Positions 12,901-26,545 of a DNA stretch of 64,000 nt are shown in pieces. Each line of letters begins with the position of its first letter. Positions within the stretch are counted from its first letter, which is position 1. The DNA is taken from positions 10,229,360 through 10,293,359 of the forward strand of contig NC_043019.1 in assembly GCF_006345805.1 (NCBI RefSeq). Direction: 5' to 3'. Source of the stretch: Octopus sinensis. Its lineage: Eukaryota. The position numbers were made by a program, and so were the translations under genes. The notes under the pieces are model-generated. The model worked only from the letters and a program-made list of their open reading frames with translations. It searched no databases and was not told the DNA's origin.

Positions 12901-14714
12901 TATCCCATGACTCATCTTCATAACATCCATTCCTTTTTCACCTTTCTATTTCCCCAACTCCTGTTATTATCTGAGAGTAGGACTGCACATATTCCATTGC
13001 CATTTTTCTGCTACCCATCATCTTTCTCCTAACTTCTTCCCTTGATACTCTTCCTGCTCTCTCAACATCATCTTATTACACTATTTTTCATCAAACATCC
13101 CTTTCCCTTGAAACCCTCTCATATCTGTCATTGATGCAACCTCTAACTTCTTTTGGCCCTCACTATTTCCACCCTTATGCTCTATTCACCTCTCTCACTC
13201 TACATCCTTTCTTCTCATTAAACTTCACTCATCTCCTTATTTCTCTCATGTCTCTAATTTGATTATACTGTTGCTCTCTCCCCACCTTATCTTCTTCCTG
13301 ACCCACTCTTATTTTTCTTTACCTTCTCAACCCGCTAAACTGACCACACCTCTTCACCTCTATCCTCATCGCTACCCACTATCATTCTCCTTTCACACTC
13401 TCATCAACCTATCCACCCAGCTATCCTAGATTTTCTGTCTCTATTCTCTCTATATCTACTTTGTTGTACCTTGAGGGTACTTCACCTCTACCATCCTTGT
13501 CCTTTTCCTACTGGGGTAGCCATGTATCTCCTCTATAGCAAGATATCTGTTCCTGTCCCTGTATTACACTTTGGCCGCTCAACACCTGACACAAAACCAC
13601 CCCCCTCAATATTCCACATCCATCTTCTATCAAGAGGTCTTGTCTTGCAAGTTGCTTGGTGACCTCATGAGGGTAAAAAAGTGAAAAAGAAATAACACAC
13701 TGAATTATCTTCCACAACTTTAATTCATACTAAATCCCAGATCATCAGAATATTGAATTAATATTCAATATTCATCTCATTACTGACATGGTTTCAAATT
13801 TTGGCGCCAGGCCAGTAGTTTCGAAAGAGAGGGAAGTCGACTACATCGACCCCATACTGGTACTGATTTTATTAACCCCCAAAAGGATGAAAGTCAAAGT
13901 TGATCTTTGTGCAATTTGAACTCACAACATAAAGATGAACAAAATGTTGTGAAGCATTTTGTCCATCATTCGAACAATTCTGCCAGCTCATGGCCTTGAA
14001 ATGAAACATAATGTTAGGAAGAGAATTATTGTTGTTTGTGTTTATTAACTCTTTCCTGATAGTGTTTCAATTAAAAAAATTAATGAGGATGAATTTGGTG
14101 AGCATTAATAAAACCACAATTATTCTCTTTCTTTGGATTTGAACATAACAAAATATTTTGACATAAAACTATGATGGAAGATTTTAATTTGACTTTTTAA
14201 AATGGAAAGTTTTGTTTCCAGAGGATTGGTTTCAAAAGGGTTACGTTTAGACATAAATAATAGTTTGAAGGTTTGAGAACCTGGGAATAAACTTACGATA
14301 TAGAACTATAACAGATAGACAATAGCATTTCATTGTTGAGGTATATTAGGGGTTCCTATCAATTCAGTTATTTTTCTCAGAGTCCTTGAGAAAAATCAGT
14401 TTCTCAGTACTCACATCTTTTGAGGATTAACTGTAGTAAATAATAGGTTTTAATCACATTTCGTATTATTTACATAAATTGGAATTGTGGTTCGGAGGAA
14501 TCAGTTGGGTAGAAGATGAAATTTCATAGTATTTATGTCACTTTACATTTTGAGCTCAAATTATCACAAAATTTACTTTGTTTATCATCCTTTTGAGCAG
14601 TGAAGGGGGTCAATAAAAAACAAAAAATAGCACCAGTTGATATTGGGGTTGTTATAATATAATCAACTGCTTCATTTTCTCATCCCCTCCCCAAGTCTGT
14701 AGCATAATTATTAC

Positions 14715-15250
14715 CATCATCGTTTAAATGTCCACTTTCCATGCTGGCATGGGTTGGACAGTGTGACAAGAGCTGCCCAGGCTCCATGAAGGCCCTTCCT
14801 AATGCCAACCACTTTACAGAGTGTACTGAGTGCTTTTATATAGCACTGGCATGGGTGTGCTTATGTTGCACCAGTATGGGTGTTTTTTTTATGAGACCAG
14901 CAGCCACAAGCCTGTAAGATTAGGAATGCTCAGATGGAGAAGGATGCAGGTGACAATCTCACTTGTACTTGACTTGGCATGGTTTCTCAAGCACAGTGAA
15001 CCATCAGGAGTCTTGGTCCCCTGTCATCTCCTCTGTGTAGATCCTTTTTTAATTTTTTTTTTTATCCACTTTGTCCTTGTCTCCACTGTCACGTCCTCCT
15101 ACTCCTCTACCTCTGCCACATGTTCCCTCTACAGTTGCACCTCTTGATGCGACTGTCTGCATTCATACACATTACCACATGACCGTATCAACACAGTCTT
15201 CTCTCTTGCACTCTACATCTGATGCCTTGCATACTCAGTTTTTCTCTCCC
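14715..15250 (-). mobile_element. RTE-clade LINE 3' remnant
   Basis: Minus-strand GIRCRVQERRL..YGHV...VEGTCGRGR, followed by a 3' UTR ending acccatgccagcatggaaagtggac...gatgat. Confidence 0.7.
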
Positions 15251-15362
15251 TCTTAGAATTCAGTATACCTGTCTACATACTTCTCTGTCTACCTTCCACA
15301 TTTTGTCTGAAAAGTGGCAGGTGAGTAGATATAAACGTGTTTTTTTCTTTCTTTCTTCGAAG

Positions 15363-15408
15363 GAACAGAGTTATTGAGCATCATTTTGATATGGACTACG
15401 TAATGAAG
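15363..15408 (+). CDS. ABHD3: ABHD1/ABHD3-like short exon
   Basis: Pyrimidine tract + cgaag|G...AAG|gtatgt; NRVIEHHFDMDYVMK resembles ABHD3 ...VDMDHVMK; 46 nt, phase 2 to 0. Confidence 0.85.
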
Positions 15409-17884
15409 GTATGTTGTAAGTTCTTAAAACTTTACTTTGTTCTCTTTGACAAACATTGTTGCACATTTTGCTGTACTTATTTTTGCATTCCATAATACAT
15501 AAGTTAGTGATCATAAAGACAAATTAGTGAAACTAGTTCATTAGTAAATTTAAGATGATAATTATATTTCTTTTTTACTATCTCCTATCATTTTTACTGG
15601 AAAGCACTCCAACCAAAATATGGACTGTTTGTTCTTACATTTCTTATTTTCATTCTCTTGTAAGTGAAAGTAAATGTGTGATTCTAGAAAAATTTAGATT
15701 CCAGTTTGGAAACATAACAAAAACAATAAAGGTAAAGCAAAAAGATATATATAATTGTAGAAATTATATTGTAACAAAATTTGGAATTTGTTTCTTTGGT
15801 TTCACTTTCTGCTTAAGAATTTTTTATTTCTAGATAATTGTAAAATTATTTTGCTTTGTTATTGTTTTAAATTTTTAGATCTCAGTCTCTTTAGTTTGTT
15901 TGCTTGAAACTTAGTTCAATAAATGTTCTTTTTTAAAAGTTTTTCTATTACAACAGTTATGACACTGACATATACTTCACATTGTCGTGCAGCTACTGTC
16001 TATACCTTGTTCAGAGATTTATTATTGCTTGTTTAGACTTTATCGAGATCAGTGACTTTTTGTCACTGGAAAAAGGATATATGTATTTGCATTGGGACCC
16101 CTTTGCATCGAAGACCAGTGATTGTCGTGTGCTGACGACAGGTAAATATCCAGAAAGTCGGGTCAGTGCGTATCACGTCAGGTCAACGATGGGAAGGATG
16201 GCTTCCCTTTGCAAATACTGATAGGGCACAGAAAGTGTGTTAATAGCCAGCTGGAGAAGATGTTCTGGGGCTACAGCTACAGTAGCATCCACCCTTAGTG
16301 GTTAGCCACATTTAGGTGGCAAATATACTTCACATGATTAATATATTTTGCCATTAAAATGATTCCTTTGTAGATGATAGGTGATAAGTATGATTACTTA
16401 ATGCTTCTGAGATTGCAAAACGCTTTCAAGTGAGCCATCAGAAATGGATCAAATTGAGCAATAAGTTCTATAATTCCTAAAAATTGTGCTTAAATCCTAC
16501 AGTCACTCCACTACTCCTAAATGCCAGGCCTTTTTTGGTGAGAAATATTCCCATGGCCACAGTACAGTGCAATACTCAGCTCAGTGGTTCTTGTTTTCCC
16601 AACTCTCTGTTAACAAGAGGACATTCCATTTATAAAAGATTGACCCTCACCACAGAATCTTTGTGGCTTGGCTTTGTTTGCTTTCATTTTATCCTCTGCT
16701 TTTTCTCCAAATGTTAAAGCCATCCTTGTTGAAAAATCTTTGTTCTGCTATTTTTATTTAAATTGCATAAAAATATATCTAATACTATCTTAGAATAACT
16801 CTGCTTGTCATTACATTACATTGGAAACACTTTCATGTGATTAGAGAAAAAGAAATAGAAAGAAAAGAGAGAGAGAGAAGTGTCCATGATGTGGGGTGGA
16901 GGGAATGTAATTGTAATGCTTTCAAGTGATTAGCTGAAAGGAAATAGAGGAGAAAGAAAAAGGAGAAAAAGGTGAAGTGTGACACAGAAAGAGGGAGAGA
17001 AAAGACGGAGCGATAAAAAGAAAGGCAGAGAAAGGAGGAGACAGGAGGAAAGGGAGATGGTGGTGGTGGTGGTGGTGGTGTTGGAGGTGGTGGTTGTGCA
17101 TGGATAGTGAAAAGTGTATTTTAAATAATAATTGAGCTGTTTTTTTTATACATCACCCATCACTTAACACTTGCGCATTTGTGCAATTCTGTGAAATATT
17201 CATGCTTATTTAAGTGGCAGATATATGCAATTCAGCTCAAGGTTGTATCATATGTATGGGATATTTTGTTTGTTTATGGGGGAAATGGAAAAATAAGAGT
17301 GAATATTTATTTGATGAGTGCTGTGTATTAAGTCTATAAAATTGTGCATAAAGTATATAAAGTGCATTAAGTGATCATCACATTCCAATTTCTTTCACTT
17401 TTCAATGGGTAACTGATGAGTGACTATCTTTCCATACAGACACAACACAGGCTATGCTTTCAGGTTCTTTTGATAAAGTTTTCAGAAATAACCCAACAGG
17501 TTTACCAATAATTTTGTGAAATATTCACGGGTCCTGCTTGTCAATATTATTATGACATGCTCCTCTGTCGAGATACATCAACAAATTCAGCATATAATTA
17601 GCAATACAGAGTAAATTAAGTACCAGGCTCAGTGAACTATCATTGCAAACATTCTATTTGTCACAGGTCTATATTTTTTTTTACTCTTAATCATTTTTTA
17701 ATTATTGCACACCCAGTTCTACTATTTTAAAATCCTCAGTGAACTATCATTGCAAACATTCTATTTGTCACAGGTCTATATTTTTTTTTACTCTTAATCA
17801 TTTTTTAATTATTGCACCCAGTTCTACATATTTTAAAATCCTAACATGTATTTGAGCATTTCTTATTGATCTCACTGATTCCAG

Positions 17885-18050
17885 AGCCAGACTATAAAAG
17901 AATTTGATGACAGATTCACTGCTAAACTCTTTGGTTATGGTACTTGGGAAAAATATTATCGAGACGCCTGCCTCAATGACAAGCTTCATCTCATTAAGAT
18001 ACCACTACTCTGTCTAAATGCCGCTGATGATCCTTTTTCTCCATATCATG
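17885..18050 (+). CDS. ABHD3: ABHD1/ABHD3-like exon with the catalytic Asp
   Basis: ttccag|AGC...CATG|gtaag; SQTIKEFDDRFTAKLFGYGTWEKYYRDACLNDKLHLIKIPLLCLNAADDPFSPYH; 166 nt, phase 0 to 1. Confidence 0.93.
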
Positions 18051-18114
18051 GTAAGAAAAATTTTTCTCAACTACTTTATCCTTATCCCCCACTAATCTTA
18101 CCATTAGCTGCATA

Positions 18115-18720
18115 CAGCTAATGGAAGATCTGTAGAGCTCAATGAGGATGTCCTGCAAACCCTGGTGGAACAAAATCCCATCATAACTGTTGAGGAACTA
18201 GCAGAGAAGCTTGGATTTGGTCATTCAACCATTCATCAACACCTGCATGCCATCAAAAAGTCAGCAAATTGAGTCAATGGCTTCCTCACAATCTCTCCGA
18301 GTCTAACCACACTCACAGAGAATGAATGTGTGCTCTTCTTTAGTGTCATGTCTCATGAATGAACCTTTTTGGGACTGAATAGTGACTGGTGATGAGAAAT
18401 GGGTTCTCTATAAATATGTCAAGTGCCCAAGACAGTGGGTAGGGAAAGGGGAAACACTGACACCCCAGGCTAAAGAAGGTCTTCACCCACATAGGGTGTT
18501 GTTTTCTGTTTGGTGGGATGTGAAAGGTTTAGTCCACTTTGAACTTTTAAACCCAAACCAAATGATAACAAAGGGGATCTACTGTGAGCAGGTTGCATGG
18601 CTTCAGTCAGCACTAGAAGAAAAACGACCATCTTTGGTTTTAAGATGGAAGGTGTTCTTCCATCAGGATAATGCTTGGCCACATACAGCGAAGATGACAT
18701 TCTAAAGGTTGGAGCAGTTT
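18115..18720 (+). mobile_element. Mariner transposase pseudogene fragment in an ABHD intron
   Basis: HTH-like TVEELAEKLGFGHSTIHQHL, WLPHNL (WVPHEL motif), VTGDEKWV and HQDNAWPH; truncated before the third Asp. Confidence 0.88.
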
Positions 18721-19948
18721 GGATGAGTGCTTTCCTTGTGATTGACAAGAGGATCCTTAGATATTTCATTGTAACATGTGTATCTGTTGTTTTTTGCTCT
18801 TACATTTACATCATCAGGTAGATGCTCTATGACTGATTTCATCTCGTTCATTTCCTATTGAGTTCTTGGTTTCTGATGAATTCATTTCAGTCTCTGCATC
18901 TAACTTATGAGGACTGTGGGATTATGTTACTCTTGAAAAAGTTCAAAATGCTTTTCATTTCTTTCTGTTTAGAGTTATGGTCAGGTTCATCTACCAAACT
19001 TCTCTTTGATGTCATTTGCTCAGTTCTAAAATAAAAATACAATATTGTGTCAGGCATTGAAACATTAATAGCAAAATGTGTGCCACAGATCAATGGTCTA
19101 ATTTTAAGCAGTTGCCAAATTTTTGATACCTTTGTTACATGTTAGGTTTGTTTGCATCAAGTTAATCATGATGGCCTCATTCTGTTCTCACAAAATAATT
19201 AGCCAACACATGACCCAAAATAACAAGATAAAGGCCATTAGCTCCTAAAACATGTTTTCTATTCTTTTGTTTTTGTAGAACTTAGTAATTTTACATTTGC
19301 AAGCAAATGTGAAATAAATTATTCGTAATTGTATGTTATTTGTTAAAAATGAAAAAAAAAAAAATGAGAAAGAAATAGACTCAACTAAACTTTACATAGT
19401 TTTAGAAGTGACATTTCATTCTGGCCCATAATGAGGGTGATTTCTGCATATTTCAAGGTGATTGCTGTACATTTTGGCAACATTCCACATTTATTTAGTA
19501 CACCACGACACTGTCATATATTCTTTAATTATATACATTGTTCTATTCTGAGTTATCACTGCATAAAAATAAGGTATCAATAATGGCCACCACTTCACAA
19601 TGTGAAACTGAAGAATAATATATTTATCTTAAAACCTTAGTTTCAACAGCATTCTGAATTTGAACAGATAAAAAATTATCAACAATCTCAAAATAGTTAT
19701 GACAACATAAACTGGGACATTCAATGTTCAATGATGTTTGGGCTGTGATATTAGAATCACTTGAAGTTTAATATCTCTTGCTAAAATCACATGCTGACTT
19801 GGTGACTGTTGGGAAATTCATGGCAATTGATAATGTTTGTCTATAGATACCAAATAACTATTGTTTCTGTAGTAAATAAGTTTCTATCATTTCTGATGAA
19901 GGCCTTGAGAAAAACAGTAGCATTTCTATTTTTGGTACTCATGTACTG

Positions 19949-20115
19949 TAGGCACAGGAGTGGTTGTGTGGTTAAGATATTTGCTTCCCAACACATGGTT
20001 TCAGATTCAACCCCACTGTGGGACCTTGGGCAAGTGCCTTCTTCTATAGCCCTGGGTTAACCAAAGCCTTATGAAAAAAGTTGATAGATGGTAACTGAAA
20101 AAAGTCCATTGTATA
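19949..20115 (+). mobile_element. Second tRNA-derived SINE family (ggcgcaggagtggctgtgtggtaag head)
   Basis: A/B-box-like head plus ccttgggcaagtg..ttctatagcc core; other copies or parts at about 31955-32255, 51860-52215, 59895-60036 and 62380-62770. Confidence 0.7.
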
Positions 20116-21168
20116 TGCATGCATGCATGTATGTATGTATGTATGTATGTATGTGCACATGTGTGTATGTATGTGCACATGTGTGTATGTATGTATGTGT
20201 TTGTGTGTGTGTGTGTGCGTGCATGTGTGCATATGTATGTAAGTATGTGTGTGCCTTTGTCTTGACACCATCTGATTGTTGTAAATGAATGTCATTCATT
20301 TCCAATATTCTGCAAAGAAATGCTGACCTTGGGGAAATATTACCTTGCTTAGAAATAATGTTGGCAGCTGGTAGGGTACCTGGCCGTAGAAATCTGCCTC
20401 AACAAACTTTGTCTGACCCATGCAAGTATAGAAAAGTGGACGTTAAAATGATAATGGTGATGATGATGATGAGGATGATGTGATTTTAATATCACTGCTG
20501 AAACATCCTTGCTGCACTGCCTGTTTGTTTGGGCAACAAGATGTCTCCCATTTATCAAGAGTTCATCTCATGATTCTAACATCACAGCTCATACACACTG
20601 CATCCTTATCAAGAGTTCATCTCACCATTCTAACATCACAGCTCATATAAACTTCATACACACTGCATCCTTGTGTTTGTCATCATAAACAGTTTTGGAT
20701 GTTGTTTACAGTTTACTTACGAGTCTCAGATTACAGCTTCTACAGATTGAAATACTAAAGAAATTTATTGTTTACTAAATCTTTTACTACTTCCAGTTCT
20801 TAATATGACAACATTCCAAAGAAACTGCAAGACATAAAGCAATTTTAGATGTCAAAGGCTCTGATTTGCACTTATAATGTCTAACAGTATTTTGCTTTGA
20901 AAATCTTAGCAGTTAGCTTCAGTCATAGAAAATCTTATTATTACCAAAAGTGATTGTTTGTATACAAATGCATTATCCAGTTTTTTTCTCTTTCTATTTG
21001 AAGTAATTTTTGAAACTGATTATGTTTCAACATTTCTAAATTCCTACGGTTTTTTCCTCCATGATTGCACAATTGCTAAAACTCATAGTGTTTATGTTTT
21101 AACTCATCCATGGTTTCTCTGTTTTATTTTGTGCAATTACTAAAATGATATTCCTTTGCGTTTTTCAG

Positions 21169-21350
21169 CAATTCCAGTTGCGCAGGCGAAAGAAAATAAA
21201 AACGTTGCCTTCGTCATAACTTCCCATGGTGGTCATATTGGATTTATGGAAGGCATCTTTCCACGCCATGCAAACTACATGGACCGCCTTTTCGTCCAGT
21301 TTGCTGATGCTGTCTTTAAACATGCACACACGGAATTAAAAACTGATTAA
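21169..21350 (+). CDS. ABHD3: ABHD1/ABHD3-like terminal coding exon with the catalytic His
   Basis: tttttcag|CA; (A)IPVAQAKENKNVAFVITSHGGHIGFMEGIFPRHANYMDRLFVQFADAVFKHAHTELKTD*, with the GGHIGF motif; TAA stop at 21348-21350. Confidence 0.93.
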
Positions 21351-23039
21351 GGAGATTCTAATGAACATTTCTCCCACTCACACACACTTTTACATCCATA
21401 AACATTATACAACTTGAATTTAATGGAACAAAAATTATTTCATTTTCCAAATAATTTTCTTTTCATGAGTTAATATCATTTTTCTCAATTTGAGTGGGGA
21501 GCTTATTTAAAAAGTAATAGTTTTAATTTTAGACTTGAAGGTTTTAAGTGAAATTATAATTAATGTGATTTAATTAACCGATCAACATTTTCTGTATAAG
21601 TTTATATTCTTTTACAGCTATATTTGTAACTTAATTAAATTATTAGTAACTTTAGTGATATAAACTAGCTAAGCTCTCCAGTCAATGTGTGTATGTGTGT
21701 GTGGGACTAATAGCTAAACGTAGGGGATTCCAGAGTATGGTAGGGTCCCATTCTTGTTTGTCTGTTTACTTAATTTTAGTGGAACTAATATAAAAGATAT
21801 TTATATTTTTGAGAGACAATATGTCCAGTCTCTTTAGCAGACGTTGTTGTTGTTAACTATTAATATAGATTTATTAATTTACAAATTTACATTGATTAAT
21901 GTGTAAATAATTACAGTGGAGTTGTAATTGTTATAGCAACGACAACGACAGTAATAGCAATAACAATACATACATTAATTATTTGGTTATAATGAATTTG
22001 TGTGATTTTGTTCAGTTATCATTTTATTCATTATGTTTGTCATTCATCAGATGGGACATCACCAACCCATTGCCAGAATTAGCTGTGATAAATATTTGTT
22101 GTGGTTTTCAGCTTCTACATGCTTGCTCTGACTGCTAGAAATAGCAGCTAAAATCTCCTTCAAATCACACCCAAATGTCTTAAAAATAATAGAAATGACA
22201 TGGGTAGTGTAGTCATAGATTATTTAAAGACAGGATAGTCATGGCTGGAAGGCCTTTGGTCATAGGTCTGCTCAATCAGGGTAGACTTTGGAGCTAAACA
22301 ACTGCAACAACAACAAAAGCTTCTCGTGATTTCTTTGAGATTTATCCGTGAGAAAAGACATATTTTTGTCACTGATAAGATGGTCTCTGCAGAAAGGATC
22401 TCTGCTACTGAATTGTACACATTCCAACAAACTCTTTCCTGTCAGTGGAACTGGTTGTGTGTGTTTGTGTGTGTGTGAGAGGGGGGGGAGGTGAAAAGAG
22501 AAACTTGTTTTAATGCAGTCATCGTTTAAGGAATATTTTATACATAATGTATCTAATGTATATAGAAGACAATATTTATTTTCATCAAATGCTAAATTTG
22601 TTTTCCCATTACTACTAAGGCATTAATCTTGCTGGTCAGAGAGGGCTTGTGAAGGCCAAAGATATTGTGGACAGGTTGATATCTGCATGACTTGTCAGCC
22701 AGAACAAGAGTTCTTTAGTCCAACATAAATGTCAACCAGTCAATAATGAAATTGAAGAGGTACCTGTATTATCAGCTCAGCTAATTGGGGCACATGACAT
22801 AATGCAAAACCTTAAACAAAGTACTTTATTTGGTTAATTCAGAGAAAGGTAAAATAAGGGGTTGTTGGTGTGTTGCAGTGCAAAAAGGAGAATCAAGACA
22901 TGCTGTGTGTTACAACATCACCCCAATGACTCTGCTAAGGGATGAGGGTTCAAGGCAAGAATTAAAAGTGGTTGTAATCTTTGGGGGATAAATAGTATTC
23001 ACTGAAAATTTGAGGTACTTAATGGTTATCTGTAGTATC

Positions 23040-23480
23040 TGATAGAGGGGTCAGTTTGACAATAGTGATGATGAACTGTAGTTGTAGATATTAGGACACT
23101 ATGGTAGTCTGTATTGGTAGGGGCCAGTTTAAGAATATAGTAGTAGTAGTAGTTTGTATTAACAGGGCCCAGTTTGGAGTGACTAGTGACAATATGTATT
23201 GTCAGGAACAATATTTGTGGTCTCTATTAGCAGGGGTCACTTTAAGAACAGCAATGAGGGTTTGTATAGGTAAGGATCAGTTTCTCATAACTTGTAGGGA
23301 TGTGTTTTGTCAGTGGTCAGTTTGAAGTGTCTAACAGTGATCTGTATTGTTTGGCAAAGGTCATTTTAAAGATGCTGGAGGTTATCTATATTAGCAGGGA
23401 TCAATTTGACCATTGTTGGTGGTTTATTTAGGCAAGGGTCATTTAAAGGGCCCCAAATGGGTTTACTTTGGTAAGAATTA
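23040..23480. repeat. Degenerate minisatellite with a unit of about 40 bp
   Basis: Recurring tgtattggcaggggtcagttt-like motif, roughly ten decayed copies. Confidence 0.6.
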
Positions 23481-25468
23481 GTTCAATAAAATATTTTGGC
23501 CAGTATCTAGACTGTAATGATTATCCTCCAATCACAGAAATTAACTTTTCAATAATTAACATAACAGTGGGTGCAAGCACAGTTTGTTATATGACAAATA
23601 AAACTGGTGTTATGTTCTATGAAACGAAGGTTTGGTGATGCCAAACAAGAGAAACAAAAGTTAGACATTTTAGATATTTGTTTTCATGACACAGACAAGC
23701 TAATTTTTGTATCCTTACTGGATTTTTTGTAGACAACCCTGTCACTCTCCCAGAATTTGTGAAATTGTATTTGGGTTGGTGAAGAATCTAGTTTAAAATA
23801 ACTATTTGTTGCCTGTGTGGTTCCTATTAAATACTATGTGTAGTTGGTTATAAGTCAACTATTCAAAACCTATTTACAAACATCTAAATTTACAAGACTA
23901 AAAAGAATACACTAATATTTAAAAGTTATTTTTTATAAAAACACTAAATCCTGTCTTCTTAGCTTATTTAAATTTTGTATGATTCTGGGAACACAAGGGT
24001 TGGGTTTTAGAATTCTTTTATGGTTTGTTTTTTGATTCCAGAATTCCTTGTAAGTTCTCTCAGTCTGGTGCGAGAATGTTGAAGAAACTTTAGAAATCTA
24101 GAAGAATATTAACGAATAAAATTTCTGTCTCATGGAGAAACTGAATCACTGCTGAACATTTGGTTCTATAATAACTGAGCTAACCAGATGATTGTTGGGT
24201 AGAATTGGACTCTGTGTTGGAATATTGGGAGCTTGATTAAAATTTAATGAAAGTTGGTTAAGTGAAATGCTGCAGAGATTAGTGTTGTCATTAGGGCTTA
24301 AAACTCTTTGTAGATTGTCCTTAATTTTAAAGTTAATTAATTGATAAATAGAAAGTTGCTGTATAAAGATGAGGACTTACGCATTTCATAGAGTTCTGAT
24401 CACAGTTTATTTTTGTTTAAATAGATTAATGCACAGATATTTCAGATGTACAGATGTGTGTATGTGTGTGTGTGTGTAAAAGAAGAGAGGGAGAGAGTGG
24501 GGGCTATTACTTGACCTTACACATAAACATATGTCATAGCTTGTACCTTGTTTTACAACACACAACTGCAAGGAATGACGTGTCACAACCTCACACTCTA
24601 TTTGAAAACACCCATACCTTGCCCTTTTTTTTACTCAGACACACATATCATACCTTACATATTTCACACAGTTAAACACATACTTCATCATACTACAACA
24701 ACATGCATGCACCATGCAAAATTCATTTTCTCTTTATAAACATGAGTTTGATGGATCTTCAAATTCAATAATTTTCCCTGTATTTTAGTCATAGATATTT
24801 TGTTCTTTCCCTTCATAAAGTTACTCACTTCACTGTAAAGTGGAATTGTTAATCTGTTAACTGGAGCAAGTTAAGCACTCAACCACCCAGCCTCTTGGAT
24901 TTCAGTCTTATTACATTTAATTCTCACTTGAAAAGTGCATCAGAGTGTTTATATAAAGCAAAACATTTTATTCTTTCCTACCCCTTTTTCCTGTCTCATG
25001 TAGGACCGATCTTGGAATGAAAATCTGCTTCCTTTTATTCAGCAGCTTTTAATAAAACCTGCTCCTCTCAACAGAGCAGCCAACAGTAACATTTATTCCT
25101 ACTCAAGGGTTAGTCATATTTGCTCACCTTCCATGTAGCATCTTAGAATGATGTATTTATGTAACAGTGTAGAATGGTAACTCCTCTTTCTCATGTAGCA
25201 TCATAGAATGATGATTCCTTATATCTCTTGCAGTCTTTTAGAATGATAAAATCTCTGTTCTTCATACTGACACCATCCTATCTCCCTTTTATAACATATT
25301 TTATTATCTCCTAATTTAGTATTGGATCTTTACTCAAATTGAAGATATTTTTGTTTTCATGAACAGACTATATATGTCTCTATGCATAGAACATGGAACA
25401 GTTAAACGGTCCTGTTTATTCAGTTTATTTGTCCATATTTACTTGATATGTTGTGACTTGGTCTAATT

Positions 25469-25524
<56 letters not shown>

Positions 25525-25880
25525 CTATATATGTATATATAGTTGACTTCTTAAGTGCTTATTAAATATAATTATTCCTATGTTACTACTTCCTCACAAA
25601 TGTATAATTATTATTATTATTAGCAGAAATTATACTGAAATCCCAACACTCAGAGTATCAACTGGTAACTTTTTGCATGTAGGTGCATTCAAGCCCCCTC
25701 TCTCTCTCTCTCACACACACACACGCACTTGTCTATATTAGCTGGGTTATGCCATTGAGGGGATCTCTATATGGTAGCTCTGTTTGCTAGATACAGCAGC
25801 TAAATCTGTCCCAAATTGCAATCATTACCATCTTCGAACAGGAAAGGACAGAATAGAGAATGTGTATATATATATATAAG

Positions 25881-25949
<69 letters not shown>

Positions 25950-26006
25950 ACGTTTATATATTTGTTGTGCAAGATTTTTTATGTGAAGTCGTGTGTTGAA
26001 ACAGAC

Positions 26007-26465
26007 ATTGTTGTATTTCGGAATGGTCATTTTGCCAGTTTAGCCAATATTTTGTTCATGTAAACATGAACAAAATAAAATTTAAAAAAAAAAGAATAAA
26101 CAAAATCAAAAACAAAAGCAAATTACATGAACGTATATAAACAGAAGATACAAATATTACAGGCATTCCCCCCCCCCACACACTAAATAAACATAGACGC
26201 ACATAGAGATATAAGCATGCGCAAATGAAGACATACAATAGAAATACAAAATGGCTGATGGTTAGTAAGGAGAGACACACAAATAAGAAAGAAGAAAACA
26301 AAGGACCACTGATGCGGTCACAGGAGTGTGACGAAAGAACTCTGGCTGAAATAAGATTAAGATTAATGTAAAAAATAAATAACACTGAAGCAAAATAACA
26401 CCAAATATATAGTGTGTGTGTTTTTATTGGCTAAACTGGCAAAATGACCATTCCGAAATATAACA

Positions 26466-26467
<2 letters not shown>
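26007..26467. mobile_element. Inverted-repeat element at a TA microsatellite (Penelope pLTR-like or MITE)
   Basis: 43-bp arms at 26007-26049 and 26425-26467 with one mismatch; homologous element at 51395-51610. Confidence 0.65.

Positions 26468-26545
<78 letters not shown>

Noticed and set aside
13749-13775. 11-bp AT-rich hairpin gaatattgaat/attcaatattc
   Set aside because: Low-complexity AT palindrome, plausible by chance in this genome.
15257-15320. Possible extra ABHD exon (tcttag|...GCAG|gtgagt)
   Set aside because: It would leave a 42-nt intron, has no ABHD similarity, is 64 nt (frame-shifting), and its acceptor abuts an RTE remnant; the flanking exons already join in phase.
20552-20672. 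54-bp tandem duplication in the last ABHD intron
   Set aside because: Real but ordinary local slippage duplication with no evident function.
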